Under the pieces are notes generated by a model. That model was not told the origin of the DNA, did not search any database, and saw only the letters and a list, made by a program, of their open reading frames with translations. A program made the translations under genes and the position numbers. 64,000 nucleotides of DNA. Origin: Eledone cirrhosa (lineage: Eukaryota). Numbering within the stretch: position 1 is the first letter of the stretch; each line of letters opens with the position of its first letter. Of the stretch, positions 49,797-64,000 are shown in pieces. The stretch is from positions 230,082,001 to 230,146,000 of the forward strand of contig OZ024741.1 in NCBI GenBank assembly GCA_964016885.1. The letters are read 5' to 3'.

Positions 49797-52700
49797 TTTC
49801 TTTATTAACCACAAGGGTTTACATAAAGTAGACATTAAGGACAGTGCAGGACAATACAGGACGGTACAAATGGGCATTTCTGCGTGTAAAAAACAAAAAC
49901 AGAGGATGTAACAAAAAATAACAATGAAAAATTCCCCAATAGGGGGGGGGGGGGAGACTTCTGAGGGACATTTGTGGAGAAAGCCCAGTAAAAGGCCACA
50001 ATGACCCTGACCACCAAGGCAAGTGCCCTCTCCCAGTTTTCCACCTTTAATTTACAGATATATACTCAGAGTTGGCCCATTAACTCGGGCCATTTTTGCT
50101 TCTCTCACCCATCTTTCAACAAAATGCTGGGAAGAGAGCACTTCCCTCTCTACTCTGATTTTCCTTTTCAAATGAAATTTGAAAAAGTCAATCAGAGCAT
50201 CACCGAAGAGGTAAGTGCTCGTCTTCAGCCCTTTCAAACGTGTCCACCATACTATCTCTTTCGCCATGGCCACCAGACAGATAAAAACTGCTTGCCCTTC
50301 CCGGCTAAAGGAGGAGGGCGGGGCAATCCTCACGATGGACTCAGCCGGATCCGTCCTAAACGCGACAGCAGGTGTTCGACATAAACCCACAAGTCAGCAA
50401 TTTTCGGACACTGGACGAGTGCGTGCAGGACGGTTTCGTCGCCCTGCGCGCATCTCGGACATGCCCGGCTGACGGCACCTCCATGCCTGTAGAGTTTATC
50501 CCGAACTGGCAAGGCTCCTCTGTAGCACTGCCAGGCCAGAGATTTCTGGAAGTTGTCCATAGGCCCTGGCCCGAAAGTTCGTCCGAAGAGATTGGCTAGT
50601 TGATTTTCGTCGAAGCCTAGAGTTTCCCCAAGTACGTTGTCGCTCTTCTCCTCCACTAATCCTCTATAGAACGCCGAGGTGGAGTTTCCACCGATCACAT
50701 TGCCCGATTGGTCGAGGGCTGTGAGCGCCTGAAGACATTCCAGTCTCCAAGCGGTCCCTCTCGGTCTTCGCTTGACCCAGGACTTCAGCTCCGTCAAGGA
50801 GACGAGCTGGGGAAATACGTGTCTAGCAAACGGTGACCACACCTGATCACCGTCGAGGAAGAGGTGGAGATGTCGTAGCCTGAGCGCGTGTCTGCGCATC
50901 ATCAGCCACGGCATGCCCAGCCCTCCACGTAGCGGGTGTTGACAGCAGATGGACCGCCTGACCATCGGAGCGCGTTCCTTCCACAAAAAGCGAAAGAGCA
51001 AACGCTCCAGCGCAGTCAGGCGGGGCTTAGGACAAGGTACGACGGTCAGGCGGTAGTAGATGACCGACGCGATGTACGCGTTAGCCACCTCCGCTCGACC
51101 TTTCAGGGATAGCTTCCTCTCGGCCCATTTCTGGGTGAGAGAAGCCACCCTGCTCGTCACCTCGTCCCAGTTTTTGTCCTTCTGGGGGTTCGGACCGAAC
51201 CAGACCCCTAGCAATTTAACCGTCCGTCCGACCAGCGCCTGACGACGCTGTTGGACGGCATGGACCTGCCTCTCCAGGTGCCGAGCTGCAGGCCCACTGA
51301 CTTTTCCTGGTTGATCATTGCTCCTGTCACCACTTCGTATTCTCTTAGTGTAGTGCCGATCGCCTCGATGTGTTTGGCGTTCGACACCACTACGGTGACA
51401 TCGTCCGAATATGCTGACACGGATCTTCCGCATGCTAGTTGGCGCGGGACGCCCCTCAACGTCTCCAGTTTGTGCAGTAATGGCTCGAGAGTCAATACGT
51501 ATGAGGGACGAGAGGGGACATCCTTGGCGGACCGAGCGCATGATGTTGAACGGTTCCGAAAGGTGACCGTTCACTCTCACCACAGAGCAGATGTTGCTGT
51601 GCATGGCAGCGATCCAGCCTCTGAAGACGGGCCCAAAGCCAGCCGCCCTCAGGACTGCCGCTAGGTAACGATGGTCGACCCTATCGAAAGCTTTCGACTG
51701 ATCTAAATTTATCAAAGACCCACTCGTGCCATGTTCCCTAGCTACCCTCTCTACGATGTATCGCATGAGGTGGAGGTTGTCGTGGATGGATCTGTCGGGA
51801 ATGGCGCATGTCTACGCCCCTCCCACCAGACCACCAACGACAAGCGCCAACCTCTTTGCTAGCACCTTGGCCAAAATCTTGAACTCTGTGTTTAGCAGAG
51901 TTATGGGCCTAAAATTATCTATTTTATACCCCTTGTTCGGATCCTTTTTCAGCAGCGCCACCGCTCCTCGGCTCACAGAGCTGGGAATTCTCCCGTTCTG
52001 TTGCCAGTTGCAGTAGACGTCCGCCAAGAGGCCTCCGAACAAGTCTGGCATTTGTACTTAAAGTTCATATGGCAGACCATCCAAACCAGGCGATTTACCC
52101 CTATTGCAGCCAGTCATTGCCTCCCTTACTTCAGCGGCTGTTATCGGCTTTTCGCCACACTCCGCCTCAGTGGCCGAGAGCCGCGGCAGTCCGTCGAGGT
52201 AGACACAAAAGTCCATCCCTCGTCCGGCCCGCCGCTGCCCCCGAACAGTTGAGCGAAGTGTCGCTGAAAAGCTTCACACATTTGCCCGGGATCGAGTAGC
52301 ATGCGCCCGTCGTGGTCCACCAAAGACCGGATCGTGGCATTGTTGCCACGACGCGCCTCTGCCACTCGGGCCCATTGAACGGCTTTCGTCCCTTCGTGTC
52401 TGAGAGCACGCACCCTAGCTCTGACAACGCAGCCTTCGTGCTTTGCATTGAAGAATTGGTCAAGGGCCAATTTTGCCGCAAGTACGTCGGTCGCGATGCC
52501 TTTGCAAAGCGCCTCGTCTAATTGTCTAACTAGCCCCCGTCAACGCCCGCTTAACTAGTTCGCTAATCCGGTCTCTGTAGGCCTTGCGCGCTGGTAAGGA
52601 CGCGTTTAGCTTCCAGTAGCCGGGTCCTCATCTATGAAGCCTATCTAAGTCAAGCACACAGATCACGAATTTGTGGTCCGTGTAGCTGACTATCTTGAAT

Positions 52701-55520
52701 TGTGGACAGCCTATGCTAGACCTATCTATTTCCCTACAAAATACTCTATCTAGATATGATCTGGATGACCCTATGCGATTTGTCCAAGTCCACATTGGTA
52801 CATTCGGGAAATCCAATCGGTACCTGTCAGACAGTTCAAAGCGCTTGAGCAGGTTGGTGAGACTCTTGCACCCTCCTCCCCTATCCACTAATCCCACACA
52901 ATCCCAGCGTGCATCTAAGATCCCGTTCCAGTCGCCCACTAACACTAAAGAGCGGGACGTTCCAAGAAAGGTCTCCAGACGCCGGAATAAATCAGGCCGC
53001 CCTGCTCCTGTCGGGGCATAGACGGCCACTAACCTGAAAGCTTTCCCGTCTCCGCTGGTCACGTCCATCACCAACAACTTACCTTCTGGGTCCAGGAAGA
53101 TGGCCCGTATGGCAAGATCCAAACCTCTCCGAAAAAGCACAGCAACTCCTCCCCCCGATCCCGGACAGCTGGGAGATGAGTACACATCGTAGCCGCCGAA
53201 GATCGGTGCGAAGGCCCGTGCTTCGGAGATTCTGGTCTCGCTGATGGCCACTACATCTATGTTTAGTGACCTGAGGTCGTTGAGCAAGTGGCCCTGCTTC
53301 CATGACGACCCCAAGCCACGCGCATTTATGCTGCCTATTCTGAGTTAGGTAATGTTGAAATTGAGTGGAAAAGATGGGAAAGACCACTTACCTTACTTCT
53401 CGTAGAGGAAGGACGGTTTTTCCATCCTTTTCACAGCTTGTGGCCTCCTCAGGAAGGATGTCCTTATAAATCCTCCCGGAGAGTGCTGGTCGGAAGTCTC
53501 CGATGTCTTTGGGGAATTTTTGTTTTAGTGTCATGTACGTTTTCTGTGTGATGCGAGTGATTTGTATGTGTGGAGGTGGTGTGAATTTTGGGGTTGTTGT
53601 ATAGTCTTTTTCTGTGATGCTGGCGTTGTGTTGGATGTAGTGTAATAATTGGTTGTTGTTAAAATTTAATGCTGTGTAGTGTGTATCGTTTTGGTTGTTT
53701 TGTTTTGTTTGCGTTTGTTGTGGGTTTGTTTCTGTTTCGCATTTTGGTAACTTTTGTGGTGTAGGTGATGGTGGTGTTGGGGTTAATGATGGTGATGGTG
53801 TTGGTGTTTGGGGTGATGGGGTTGGTGATGCTGGTGTGGATGGTGGCATATCTGTCTTAACTTTCTTGTTCGATAATTTATTTGTTTCCCTCTGTATTTT
53901 GTTTTTTGAGGGGGGAGGAAGAGAATTTTTTTTTTTTCTTTTTTCCTGATACCGTTTCCCACTCCTGGTCGTCACAATCTGTCTCCAGTTGCGATAAGCC
54001 GGGGAGTGGAAAATCCTCCACAGGCGTTGGTTTTGGTTGTAGCGTGGTGGATGGTGTAGGCGCTGGTGCTAGTTCTGGGGCGTTGGGTGGTGGTGGTGGT
54101 GTTGGTTTTGCTACTGTTGCTGGGGTTGTTGCTGTTACAGTTGCTTCTGTTGTTTCTGCTACAGTTGCTGCTGCTATTTCTGCTGCTGGTGGTGTTGAAG
54201 TTTGAGTCACTGTGGTGGGTAAGAGAGGTGGCCTCAACCTTTTAGCCTGAGGGCAGAAAGCCCTTAGGTAGGTTCCTTCTCCACAAACGACACACCTAGG
54301 TCTTCTGCCCTCGACGATTACGGTGAGGTGGCTGCCGTCAGTGAGGTCTATTACCTCTGGGATCTCTTCAATGCTTTTATGGTCCGCTTGGATCAGGAGC
54401 TCCATCCCAGATCCGGACCAGTTCTCCTGCTTTTCTTTTGCTATTTCTATTATTTTGGTGTTGGCCTCGATGCCGGTGAGGACGGCAGCCATTAGCCAGG
54501 GAATTTCGATGGCCGGTGGAACGTGAGTCACCCTGATCTTCACAAGTCTCTGGTCACAATAGCTTGGGATGAGTGTGAAGTCGTCACTTCTTAATGGGGC
54601 CATGGAGTGTTCTCTGGCCTCCTGTGGTGTTTCAAAGAACACGTCCACGGTTCCATACTTCTGCCCACGTCTGATGTAGGTTTTTTTTTGCCCACACATG
54701 TCCCAAAGCTTTTTGGATTTGGGACTCAGATGCCCGTTCCACTTGGCGCGATTTTATGTTTATTGTCCAATAAGACACGGTGCATAGGCGACGTTGCTCC
54801 ATTTTATTAGGTGGGGGTGAGGCTGACCCTGTACCCATCTTTCTTTACCATTCCTTTGGCTTCGTCTAATTCTTCCTGAGTTACCTGAATCGCTTCGCAC
54901 GTTTTTGCTACTCTGGCAAAACTCAGGGTAGTTTTCTTAATTTCATTGTTGCTGTTGTTATTATCGTTATTTTTGCTAATGTTAATTTTAGTTTCAGTTG
55001 TGGTGGTGATGGCGTCAGTGGTGTTCGATATGGAATAGTTCATTTTGGTTGAATTCATTTCGATATCATGAGTTAATTTATATTTTTTTTCTTTTGTTTC
55101 TGTTGTCGCTGTGGGGGTGGTGGTGGTGGCGGCTTTAACACCTGCAGTCATTGGTAATGGCGGGAAATGAACTTCTACCTGAGACAAATTAAAAATATTG
55201 CTACTGCTTACAATTCCAGTGTTGGCAAACGTAGCAATGTTTACAATGGTGGTGTCGGTGTGAGGTGTTGGATTGTGAGGAAGGAGTGAATCTGAGTCAT
55301 CCTTTATTTTTCAAAGAAAACATTTTTTGTTTGATAATTATAAAAAGTTTAAATTTTGGGCTCAAGGCCCCAATATTTTGAGTGTCCTTTTCAGAAATCA
55401 ATGTATGTGCACTTATATATAGTTAACAATAAAAATTTTCCATAAATGGCAATTTTAAATAACTGAAAATAACAAATCTTTGCGGAGCTCACGATGATAC
55501 GATTTACTACGTAGGTCGCC
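49795..55520 (-). mobile_element. Full-length Tx1-clade LINE, copy 2 (frameshifts, small deletion near 52533, ORF2 start codon lost)
   Basis: Colinear with copy 1; YSDD RT motif; same 5' end GGCGACCTACGTAG. Confidence 0.93.
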
Positions 55521-55530
55521 AATAATAATA

Positions 55531-55720
55531 ATAATTGTTTCTACTTTAGGCACAAGGCCAGCAATTACCCAGTGCATTACTGGTACTTTGTTTTATCGAC
55601 CCCGTAAGGATGAAAGGCAAAGTCAACCTCGGCGGGATTTGAACTCAGATCGTAAAGGGACGTAACTATGCTGGAAAGCATGGCGTCCGACCCTCTACTG
55701 ATACTGCCAATCCACGCCCT
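55531..55720 (-). mobile_element. Full-length tRNA-derived SINE
   Basis: 8581 family, flanked by (TAA)n. Confidence 0.88.
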
Positions 55721-56870
55721 TTCCAATAATAATAATAATAATATTAATAATGATTTCTTTATTGGCCACTTGAAGCTGTGATGTTATGTGCAAGGCTAGG
55801 TGTCGTAGAGTAAGACATTTTAAAACCACCATATAATATGGAGGTGGCCACACCATTAACTAAGATCTTTCTCTCCCTTCTCACCGACAAATTTTAGTGC
55901 GAAAAATATCAACGACATGCTTAGTGGTGCACAGCAGTTAGTTATTAAAACTGAACAAGCTAAAATGGAATTCTCTGTCTCAACGAATTTTCCTTCGTCT
56001 CTGCTTTGATAGTGATGATGTTTAAGTGAGGCTTTTATATCATACTGAAATACGATGGTTGGTAAAAGGAAATTGTGTGGTTCGTTTAGCTGAACTGTTT
56101 AATACAATAATCATAAAAAAAACCCCGACACTGTACACTTTTCTCTTTCTTCAAAATGTGATATTTTTTTCTTTGATGACATATTCTATAACACTAACCA
56201 TATAACAAATCTTGATAATAAAACTAAATTATATCATTTATAATTGAATTTAATAAAATACAATGAATGGTGTGCTCATCAGGGAGAGGTTATTAAAAAA
56301 GCTTATAAAATAGGGTGAAGACCTATAAAGACGGAAAAAGAAGCTATCACCAGCTGCTTCGAGGAATAGAACCCTCTATCTCTGAGATACTGGCTCGAGT
56401 TTTAAATTGTCAAGTTAGTTTTCATTTGTTCTTCAATACGGTATTAGCAGGAGCAGCCACTGTTTAAGTCAGCGTTATTTGTTACCTTTTTTTAATATTT
56501 TTTTTACTACATCATAAAAAGTCAGTTTAAGAACTAGTAGCAAACTTTAACCAACTATTATCGAATATTTACTATACGGGGGGATGGGGGCAACATTTTC
56601 CACGTGGAAGTTTGTGATTACGTAAAATGGGTTTAGAAACGCTGACTACGGGATATAACTGGTAATACTGTCAACGTTTTCCGACTGTAGAAGTCTATAT
56701 GTTTATAAGCTCTACCTGTTCGTCTATTTTCATAAGCCTGGTTTAAACTACCTACTACCAGACATTCAAAATTTACTTAAGGCTCCTTGATTGCAATACA
56801 TACACACACACATATATATATTTATCTATATATTTGTGTATTTGTGTGTATGTATGTATGCATACACACA

Positions 56871-56947
<77 letters not shown>

Positions 56948-57342
56948 TTATATATATATATATATAGTTGTCCTTAGTCCTCGATGTAGCATGTCCTGGA
57001 AGATCTACGGTAACTAACCCGCCAAGAGAAACTAATTAACAGAAATACTGGTCGATTCATGGATATGCATTGATCGGGCGTACATCTTCATTGAACACCG
57101 GTCAATAAATGGTTATTTATTCATAGAAATGCTTTTTCCCGATAACCTTCGTTTTTTTTTCTATTCTCAGCTTGAATATGGGGATGAGATAGTTGACGCA
57201 AGAGGTGTATTATATGTAATTATACCTCCTACAAGATGACGTCACCTATTAGTGTTTTTTTTTAATTCGGGAAGGGAAGAAGAGAGAGAGCTATACTCGC
57301 TGCTGTTACTGATTTCGCTGCTGCATTTGTTATCATTGTTAT

Positions 57343-57373
<31 letters not shown>

Positions 57374-57559
57374 ACTTATGATGATTGTGATGGCGTTGAT
57401 GATGATGACAACGACGATGACAATGATACTGATGATGATGTAGAGGATGATGGTGATGATAGGATGGTAACGTCCAACTCGTGTAAGTGGTTAAGTATTC
57501 CATAGACACGTATATTCTTAAAGTAGTTTCCAAGCCGTGTCAATATAACATAATATGAG

Positions 57560-58630
57560 ACAAGATTGTACCTGAGAATTCTTTTTTAATTATATAAATG
57601 TTACTCAAAGTTATATATTATAAATAACATTACAAATAAAAGTTATACAATGATGGAACTATGAAAAAGAAATTTAAACAAAAGGGGGAAGGGTAAAGGA
57701 GGGCAGATCTGGCTGTATTTGAAAATAAAGGAAAGGTCTAAATGCTACCGATTCTACTCTAATTGCTCTCTAGAGAGCACCCCACCACCTTTTGTTGACG
57801 ACTGCTCTTCTTCAATTTTCCTTTAATTAGCGTGCTAATCTGATCACTGTAGCCTTTGCATGCCATGAATGACACGTTAAACTTCCAGTAACAGGGCCTC
57901 TGTCTACGAATTCTATCTAGGCCGAACATGCAGATCTCAAATTTGAGTTTGAATAGACGATTGTTTGAAATTGTGGACACACTATGCTATCTTTATCTGC
58001 TAACCTAATAAACAAAAAAAACTTATCTAAACACGATCTAAATGATACTATACAATTGGTCCAGGATCACACTGGCTTATTCACGATATCTAATCGGTAC
58101 CTGTCTGACAGTTAGAACTTCCTGATCCATTTCTTGAGGCTTTTGCGCCTCTCGTTTCTATCGGCTACTCCCACACTATCTAATTATGCTTCCAATTTGT
58201 CTTTTCCAGTACCCCCACTAACAGTAAAGATTGATACGTTCCTGAAATAGCCACCTGACACCTGAAGAAATCGGGCTGTCCAGCCACAGGTGGAGTGTAT
58301 ACAACCACCAGTCTAAAAGCACCACTGCTATTGCTCACTTCGAGGATCATCAATTTCCGTTCATGTAAAGATAGATCGTCCGTACCTAGAGCTCCAGGCC
58401 TTTTCTAAACCACACTGCCACGCCACTTCGCATTTAAGGCCGGCTAAAAGATGCGTAGATCTCAAAGTCGTCAGAAAATGGGGGCTAGCATGCGTGACGA
58501 AAATCTTGGTCTCGCTGACCGCTGTCACAGTCATAGCTAGTGACCTGAGGTTGTTGAGCAAGCCACCTTGCTTCTAGGATGATCCCAAGGCAGGTACCTC
58601 TTTGCATACTACTCTTAGAATTTCCATGTT
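57560..58630 (-). pseudogene. Old degenerate Tx1 ORF2 endonuclease fragment
   Basis: LNNLRSL..AVSETKI and LDRIRRQRPCYWKFNVS are homologous to the copy 1 APE; ATT repeats upstream. Confidence 0.8.
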
Positions 58631-58974
58631 GGCTGGTTATTATTATTAGTAGTAGTATTATTATTTTCTTGGAGTCGCAGTCATTGATGTTATTTAACTG
58701 GAAAGTTAAAAATAAAAATCCGGTTTAAAGCGAAGTAAAGAAAATATATTATATCTGCTAAACGATTTCTGCTGTTAGTAAAGTTTTATAATAAATTACG
58801 CTGATCGGAATTGCCCATAAAATATAACTGAACATTCTGGGGTGCTTCGGAAGATAGTTTAGATCGCTGCAAAAAAAAAAAATTGTGAACCACTCATCAC
58901 ATTTATCGCCGGAAACAAAAAAAAAAAAATGAATTTAAACGAAAGACTACCTAATATCGATTTTTAATTGATGC

Positions 58975-59590
58975 ATAAGGTCAGCAATTTTGGAGGAAGG
59001 CCAATGTTGATGAACTCAACATTAATGCATGATTGGTACTTTATTTTATCAACCCCTAAAGGATGAAAGGCAAATTTTAGTCCGGAAAGATTTGATCACA
59101 GGACGCAAAAATTCAAAACTAAATGCTTCTAAACATCATTCTGACGCTCTACCGATATTGCCAATCCATAACCCTAAGAAAACCTAATATTGATAACTAA
59201 TTTAGGCACCAGGCCAACACATTTCTGGGAATGCGCAAAGTTCATTTAAGAGATCTATTCACTCTCCCCGTCCAACGTGGAGATCTCCCACCCACTTTGG
59301 GGTAGGTGAGGGATGTCTTCTCTTGTGAAAATGGGTATAGCTTTCATTATGTAGAATCTCCCCATTTTGCATCATTTCTCCCCCTTTTGGGGCACTTTTT
59401 TTAAAGGTACTCCCCGTTTGGGTTTTTAGAGGTTGGCGGGTCTGTTATAACAACTTCAGTACTTGATGATAATTTATTTTATTGATCCTGGAAAGATGAA
59501 AAGCAAATTCGACCATGGCCGGATTTGAAATCAGAATGTAGAGAGTCAGAACAAATACTCCAATGATGTTTTATCGGTCACTCTGCCAAT
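58975..59590 (-). mobile_element. Two old diverged SINE copies (~58975-59165 and ~59455-59590)
   Basis: GGTACTTTATTTTATCAACCCC..GGATGAAAGGCAAA and a related degenerate core. Confidence 0.65.
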
Positions 59591-59952
59591 TATGTCAATC
59601 CATACCCCCCCCCCCCCTCAAGGAAACCTAATATCAACAACAGTTTTCCGAACCAATAACACCTTAGTTTGTCCATTGATTTTCTGTCTAGTCGGACATT
59701 CACGACATTACACACACACGCATCGACACGAAAGAACAAAAGACGAAGACATAATAAGTTTACACAGACAAATTGTCAATAACTTTGGGGAGAAAAGATT
59801 CTGTTTAATAAAGGAGAATATTATAACAGGGCTTGATGTGCATACAGATGGTTCTGTCATCGTGGCTGCTGTTTGTACTCAGTAAATAAGAATATGTATG
59901 TATGTATGTAAATATATATATGTATGTATGTATTTGTTATTTGTTATTTAAG

Positions 59953-60143
59953 AGGGGCGGTGGATTGGTAGTATCGGTAGAGAGTCGGACGCCATGCTTT
60001 GCAGCAAAGAGTTACGGCCCTTTATGGTCTGAGTTCAAATCCCGCCGAGGTTGACTTTGCCTTTCATCCTTACGGGGTCGATAAAATAAAGTACCAGTAA
60101 TGCATTGGATAATTGCTGGCCTTGTGCCTAAAGTAGAAACAGT
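59953..60143 (+). mobile_element. Full-length tRNA-derived SINE
   Basis: GGGGCGGTGGATTGGTAGTATCGGTAGAG..GAGTTCAAATCCCGCC..core..tail. Confidence 0.88.
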
Positions 60144-60467
60144 TATTTGTTATTTATGAGTGTGCGTGTATGTATGCATGTATGCATGTATCTCTAACTA
60201 TCTCTCTCTTCTTATGAAAAATAATTTTTCTCTTTTGTTTTGTGAACATAACACAGATATCTCAGTAGCCGTTGAGAATGCCTAACATCTTTTTCAAGTG
60301 ACATTCACTTAACCGGTACTGAGATGAAAGTATACTAGGACCTATATAGATTTTGTATTCAACAAAATTGGTGGGTATGCTCATTTGCTTATATTACGAA
60401 CTTGGTTGGTTATAATTAATTGGCAGTAGCACTAAGATTAATTATTCATTATTAGCTGTGTGGTCTG

Positions 60468-60509
<42 letters not shown>

Positions 60510-60719
60510 CGATCAAGTAACAAAATACAAGTCTAGATACGCCATAAACAAACAACACAAAATATAAACCCCCTGCCCTGCTCTTCCACCTCTCCTTTCC
60601 CCTCCCCCATCCTTCTCCCTTCCCCTCTCTTTTATTTCCATTATTTGTCACTCTTAACTTTATTTTCATTACTCTCATTACTCACAAGTCATGCCTTTGA
60701 GTGCTTTCAAGAGGCTCAT

Positions 60720-61310
60720 ATAAAGCTGGAATTAGGACGAAGCTAGATGTTAAATGGAACTTGCTTTTCATCACGAAACCTGAGAATAGGCTGAGAACCT
60801 ATGTGATATGAAGCTAGCTATGTATCAACCACCAAAGCTGGCATTAGGCCCAAGCCAAATGTGAAATGATACTCGATATCTACCCACAAACAAATCTGGC
60901 AATTGGTCCTGGCCACATGTGAAATAAAACTGGCTTCTTACTCATCACTAAATTTGGAATTAGACCCAGGCCAGATTTGAACTATAGCTCACCACAAACA
61001 ACTAAAACTGATAAGGGCTCCAGGTCAGATGGAAAATGTAGCTCAACACCTACCATAACTAATCTAGAAATAGATCCAGACCAGCTGTTAAACGAAGGTC
61101 GCCATCTATTAATCCTGAAGCTGGAATTAGGCCCAAGCCAATGCTGCATATAAGTTGCCTGGAAATAGGCGATGGACCGATGTTAAATGTAACTCCCTAC
61201 CCAACCACCTACACACCAAAGCTGGTAATAAACCCAGACCAGATGTGAAATACTGCCTGCTACAAAATTACCCACCCAAAATTCTGATAATAGGCCCAAA
61301 TTAGATGGGG
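60720..61310. repeat. Old ~57 bp minisatellite, ~11 units
   Basis: Recurring AAAGCTGGAATTAGGCCCAAGCCAGATGTGAAAT-like core. Confidence 0.8.
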
Positions 61311-61443
61311 CTCCATTTCAATCTGTCCATTTAATACTTTAGTAAACGGTGCTAGATACATAAGATTTCTGTAGGGATTAAGGATATATACTTGCACGTG
61401 CTGTATACATGATATATGTGTAGCTCCAATTGTATACATGACG

Positions 61444-61549
<106 letters not shown>

Positions 61550-61586
61550 GGTATATGTGTGTATGTGTGTGCATATATATACATAC

Positions 61587-61629
<43 letters not shown>

Positions 61630-62882
61630 CGCATGTATATATATAGCATTCATGATGTAACCACAATGTATCGATACATATATGTAAATAAAACCTACCT
61701 TATTTGTGGAACATACAAATAATGGAACATAATAAAAGAATTACATGAAGAGAATCGGTTCCTCAAATTTGTACGCCCATGTCATGTGGACCACAGCTTT
61801 CACCCCACCCGTCATCCTCAGACCTAACTACCAGTAAACTATTCAACTCTCTCTCTCTCTTCCCCCCTCTCTCTGTTTCGCTGTCTTTCTTTCTTTCTTT
61901 CTTTCTTTCTGTATCTCTTCGATGAAAAATTGCGCTCGAAACGCCAGCGTGCACATCTTCCACGGGGGAAGATGATTTACTCATTTTGCAAACTGTTTGT
62001 TGTTACTAGATGGCAAATTGGGCGAGTCATTGTGTCATTGGATAAAATGTATTTGTTCTAGTTGACTGCTCTCTGATTTCTTATCCTGTAGGTGTCAATT
62101 TTGTCTTTCATCCTATCGAGATCGATGAACAAGGTATCAGTCCAGGAGCGGTAGATTATCAGAATTGTTAATGTTTTGTGGCATCTGATCCTGCTCTGGG
62201 GATTCTGAGTTTAAATCCTACTGAGATTACCTTTTCATTTCATCATTTCATGGTCTATGAATTAAGTATCAAACTAAGTGCGGTGAATTGAAGTATTATT
62301 TAAAACTGAGGCAGGAGATTTGTCGTGTCAGATAAGGCTCTTTGCGTCTTAAATTCAAATTCCACTTCATTCTGCTTCTGCCAGATGCTGAGGTGGGCAT
62401 GACAGTACCAGCAATTGAAAGTCAAACGGTAACACATTGTGATAGACGCGATAAGAGAATTGGCTCCTTTCCTTTCAGTTTCTTGGTTGTTTATTGGCTG
62501 AAGCAAAACATCGCTACATTTACCCGATTCTAAAAGCTCTCTAAAATGTCTATGCTGTAATGATGTTCGATACACATTGCATATCGCTACTGTTGTTACA
62601 CTTGAATAGCACCTGAGAAGCAATAGACTGTCATTGCGTGTAAGCTAGATTTATTTTTTATCGTTTGGCGTACAGCCTATCGCATTGAGGTAGTTTGGGC
62701 ATCCCCCACACATACTCATATGCAAATACACACATATAGTTGCGCACACAGACACACATGCATATGTATGATTAAGTATATATATATTTATATATATATA
62801 TATATATATAATATATAAATATATATGTATATATGTATGTATATATATATATAATATATAAATATATATGTATATATGTATG

Positions 62883-62914
<32 letters not shown>

Positions 62915-62915
<1 letters not shown>

Positions 62916-63240
62916 ATTTATTAAAATAACAGATTAAAGTTTAAGCAAAGAATCGCTGCTTTCACCCTTAACGGGATCTTCTGAAACTAACAAAGTCAAT
63001 CTGTAAACCCAGAAGTGGATATTTAAAAAAACGTTGCAACCGGAGGAAGACAGGAAGACGATACTTTGGTTTGTGGAAACGTTCCGTGGCAAAGAACGGG
63101 AAAAAACGAATATAATACGTCATTAATAGGAGCGGTGAAAAAGAATTACACGTAAAGACAGAACCACGTTTATTATTATTACTATATAATACACTGGGAT
63201 AATTGCTGGCCTTGTGCCAAAAGTAGAAACAATTATTATT
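62915..63240 (+). repeat. Dispersed repeat (33080 family) followed by a SINE tail
   Basis: Matches 10723-10765 and 33100-33280; SINE tail at 63190-63240. Confidence 0.65.
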
Positions 63241-63800
63241 ATTACTATAAACGGAAAAAGTGAAACGAAATTTCATTTCCCACTCTTAGTACGGCTGTTA
63301 CTTAAATATAAGTATGTACACGTACATACATATATGTATACAGACGTACAGTAGTATGTATATATATATACATACATATATATATATACATACATGCACA
63401 CATATATATATGTACGATGAAATTTCGTTTCATTTTTTCCGTTTATCGTTTTCAGTGCACCCGGCCGATTAACCCACTCGATATGCAAATTGGGCTATTC
63501 AGCCGTTAATATACATAAGGTAAGTATATACGTTCAACAATCTGACAGGAAGTTATACGTTGCTGACGATAGCTAATAAGCTTGAAACTAGTACAGCGTT
63601 CCTTTGTCAGTGTTGAACAAACGAGCAACGATGGTTGCTAGACACTACGGCTTAATACGGGATGTTTGTTTACAAACACACAGAGCATTATAATAAATGT
63701 TCGGTGAATCCATACGTACATATATATATGTGTGCATGTATGTATATATATATACATACTACTGTACGTCTGTATACATATATGTATGTACGTGTACATA

Positions 63801-63884
<84 letters not shown>

Positions 63885-64000
63885 TATATATACTTCATCA
63901 TACATATGCATGTGTGTCTGTATATATATATATATATATATACATGAAATATAAGCATTCAGTACTATATACTTTCCGCCGTACTGTCAGAGATTACAAT

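Noticed and set aside
43490-53387. Many + strand and alternate-frame ORFs over the Tx1 copies
   Set aside because: Shadow ORFs of a GC-rich coding sequence; shared between copies only because the copies are closely related.
60720-61310. CRISPR-like array
   Set aside because: Repeats are degenerate, the 'spacers' resemble each other, there are no cas genes, and the context is eukaryotic.

Overview
Eukaryotic, AT-rich, microsatellite-saturated DNA, probably from an octopod cephalopod (inferred from SINE and repeat content, not proven). No host gene can be called with confidence; almost all recognisable sequence is retroelement-derived. Main contents: (1) an apparently intact Naiad-type Penelope-like element (PLE; 826-aa RT + GIY-YIG ORF, pseudo-LTRs) and two decayed Naiads; (2) about a dozen type-I hammerhead ribozyme (HHR) motifs from several PLE families, including U4C (CCGANGA) and U3-A8 (UUGANAA) core variants, many inside fold-back inverted duplications; (3) a frameshifted CRE-clade element with an N-terminal PHD finger; (4) a ~14 kb nest in (TAA)n with two full-length Tx1 LINEs, two R4/Dong 3' fragments and SINEs; (5) RTE fragments and a short RTE-derived non-autonomous element; (6) many tRNA-derived SINEs, DNA-transposon and Helitron remnants, and minisatellites. 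Most short ORFs in the track are microsatellite or antisense artefacts. All motif and structure calls were made by eye.
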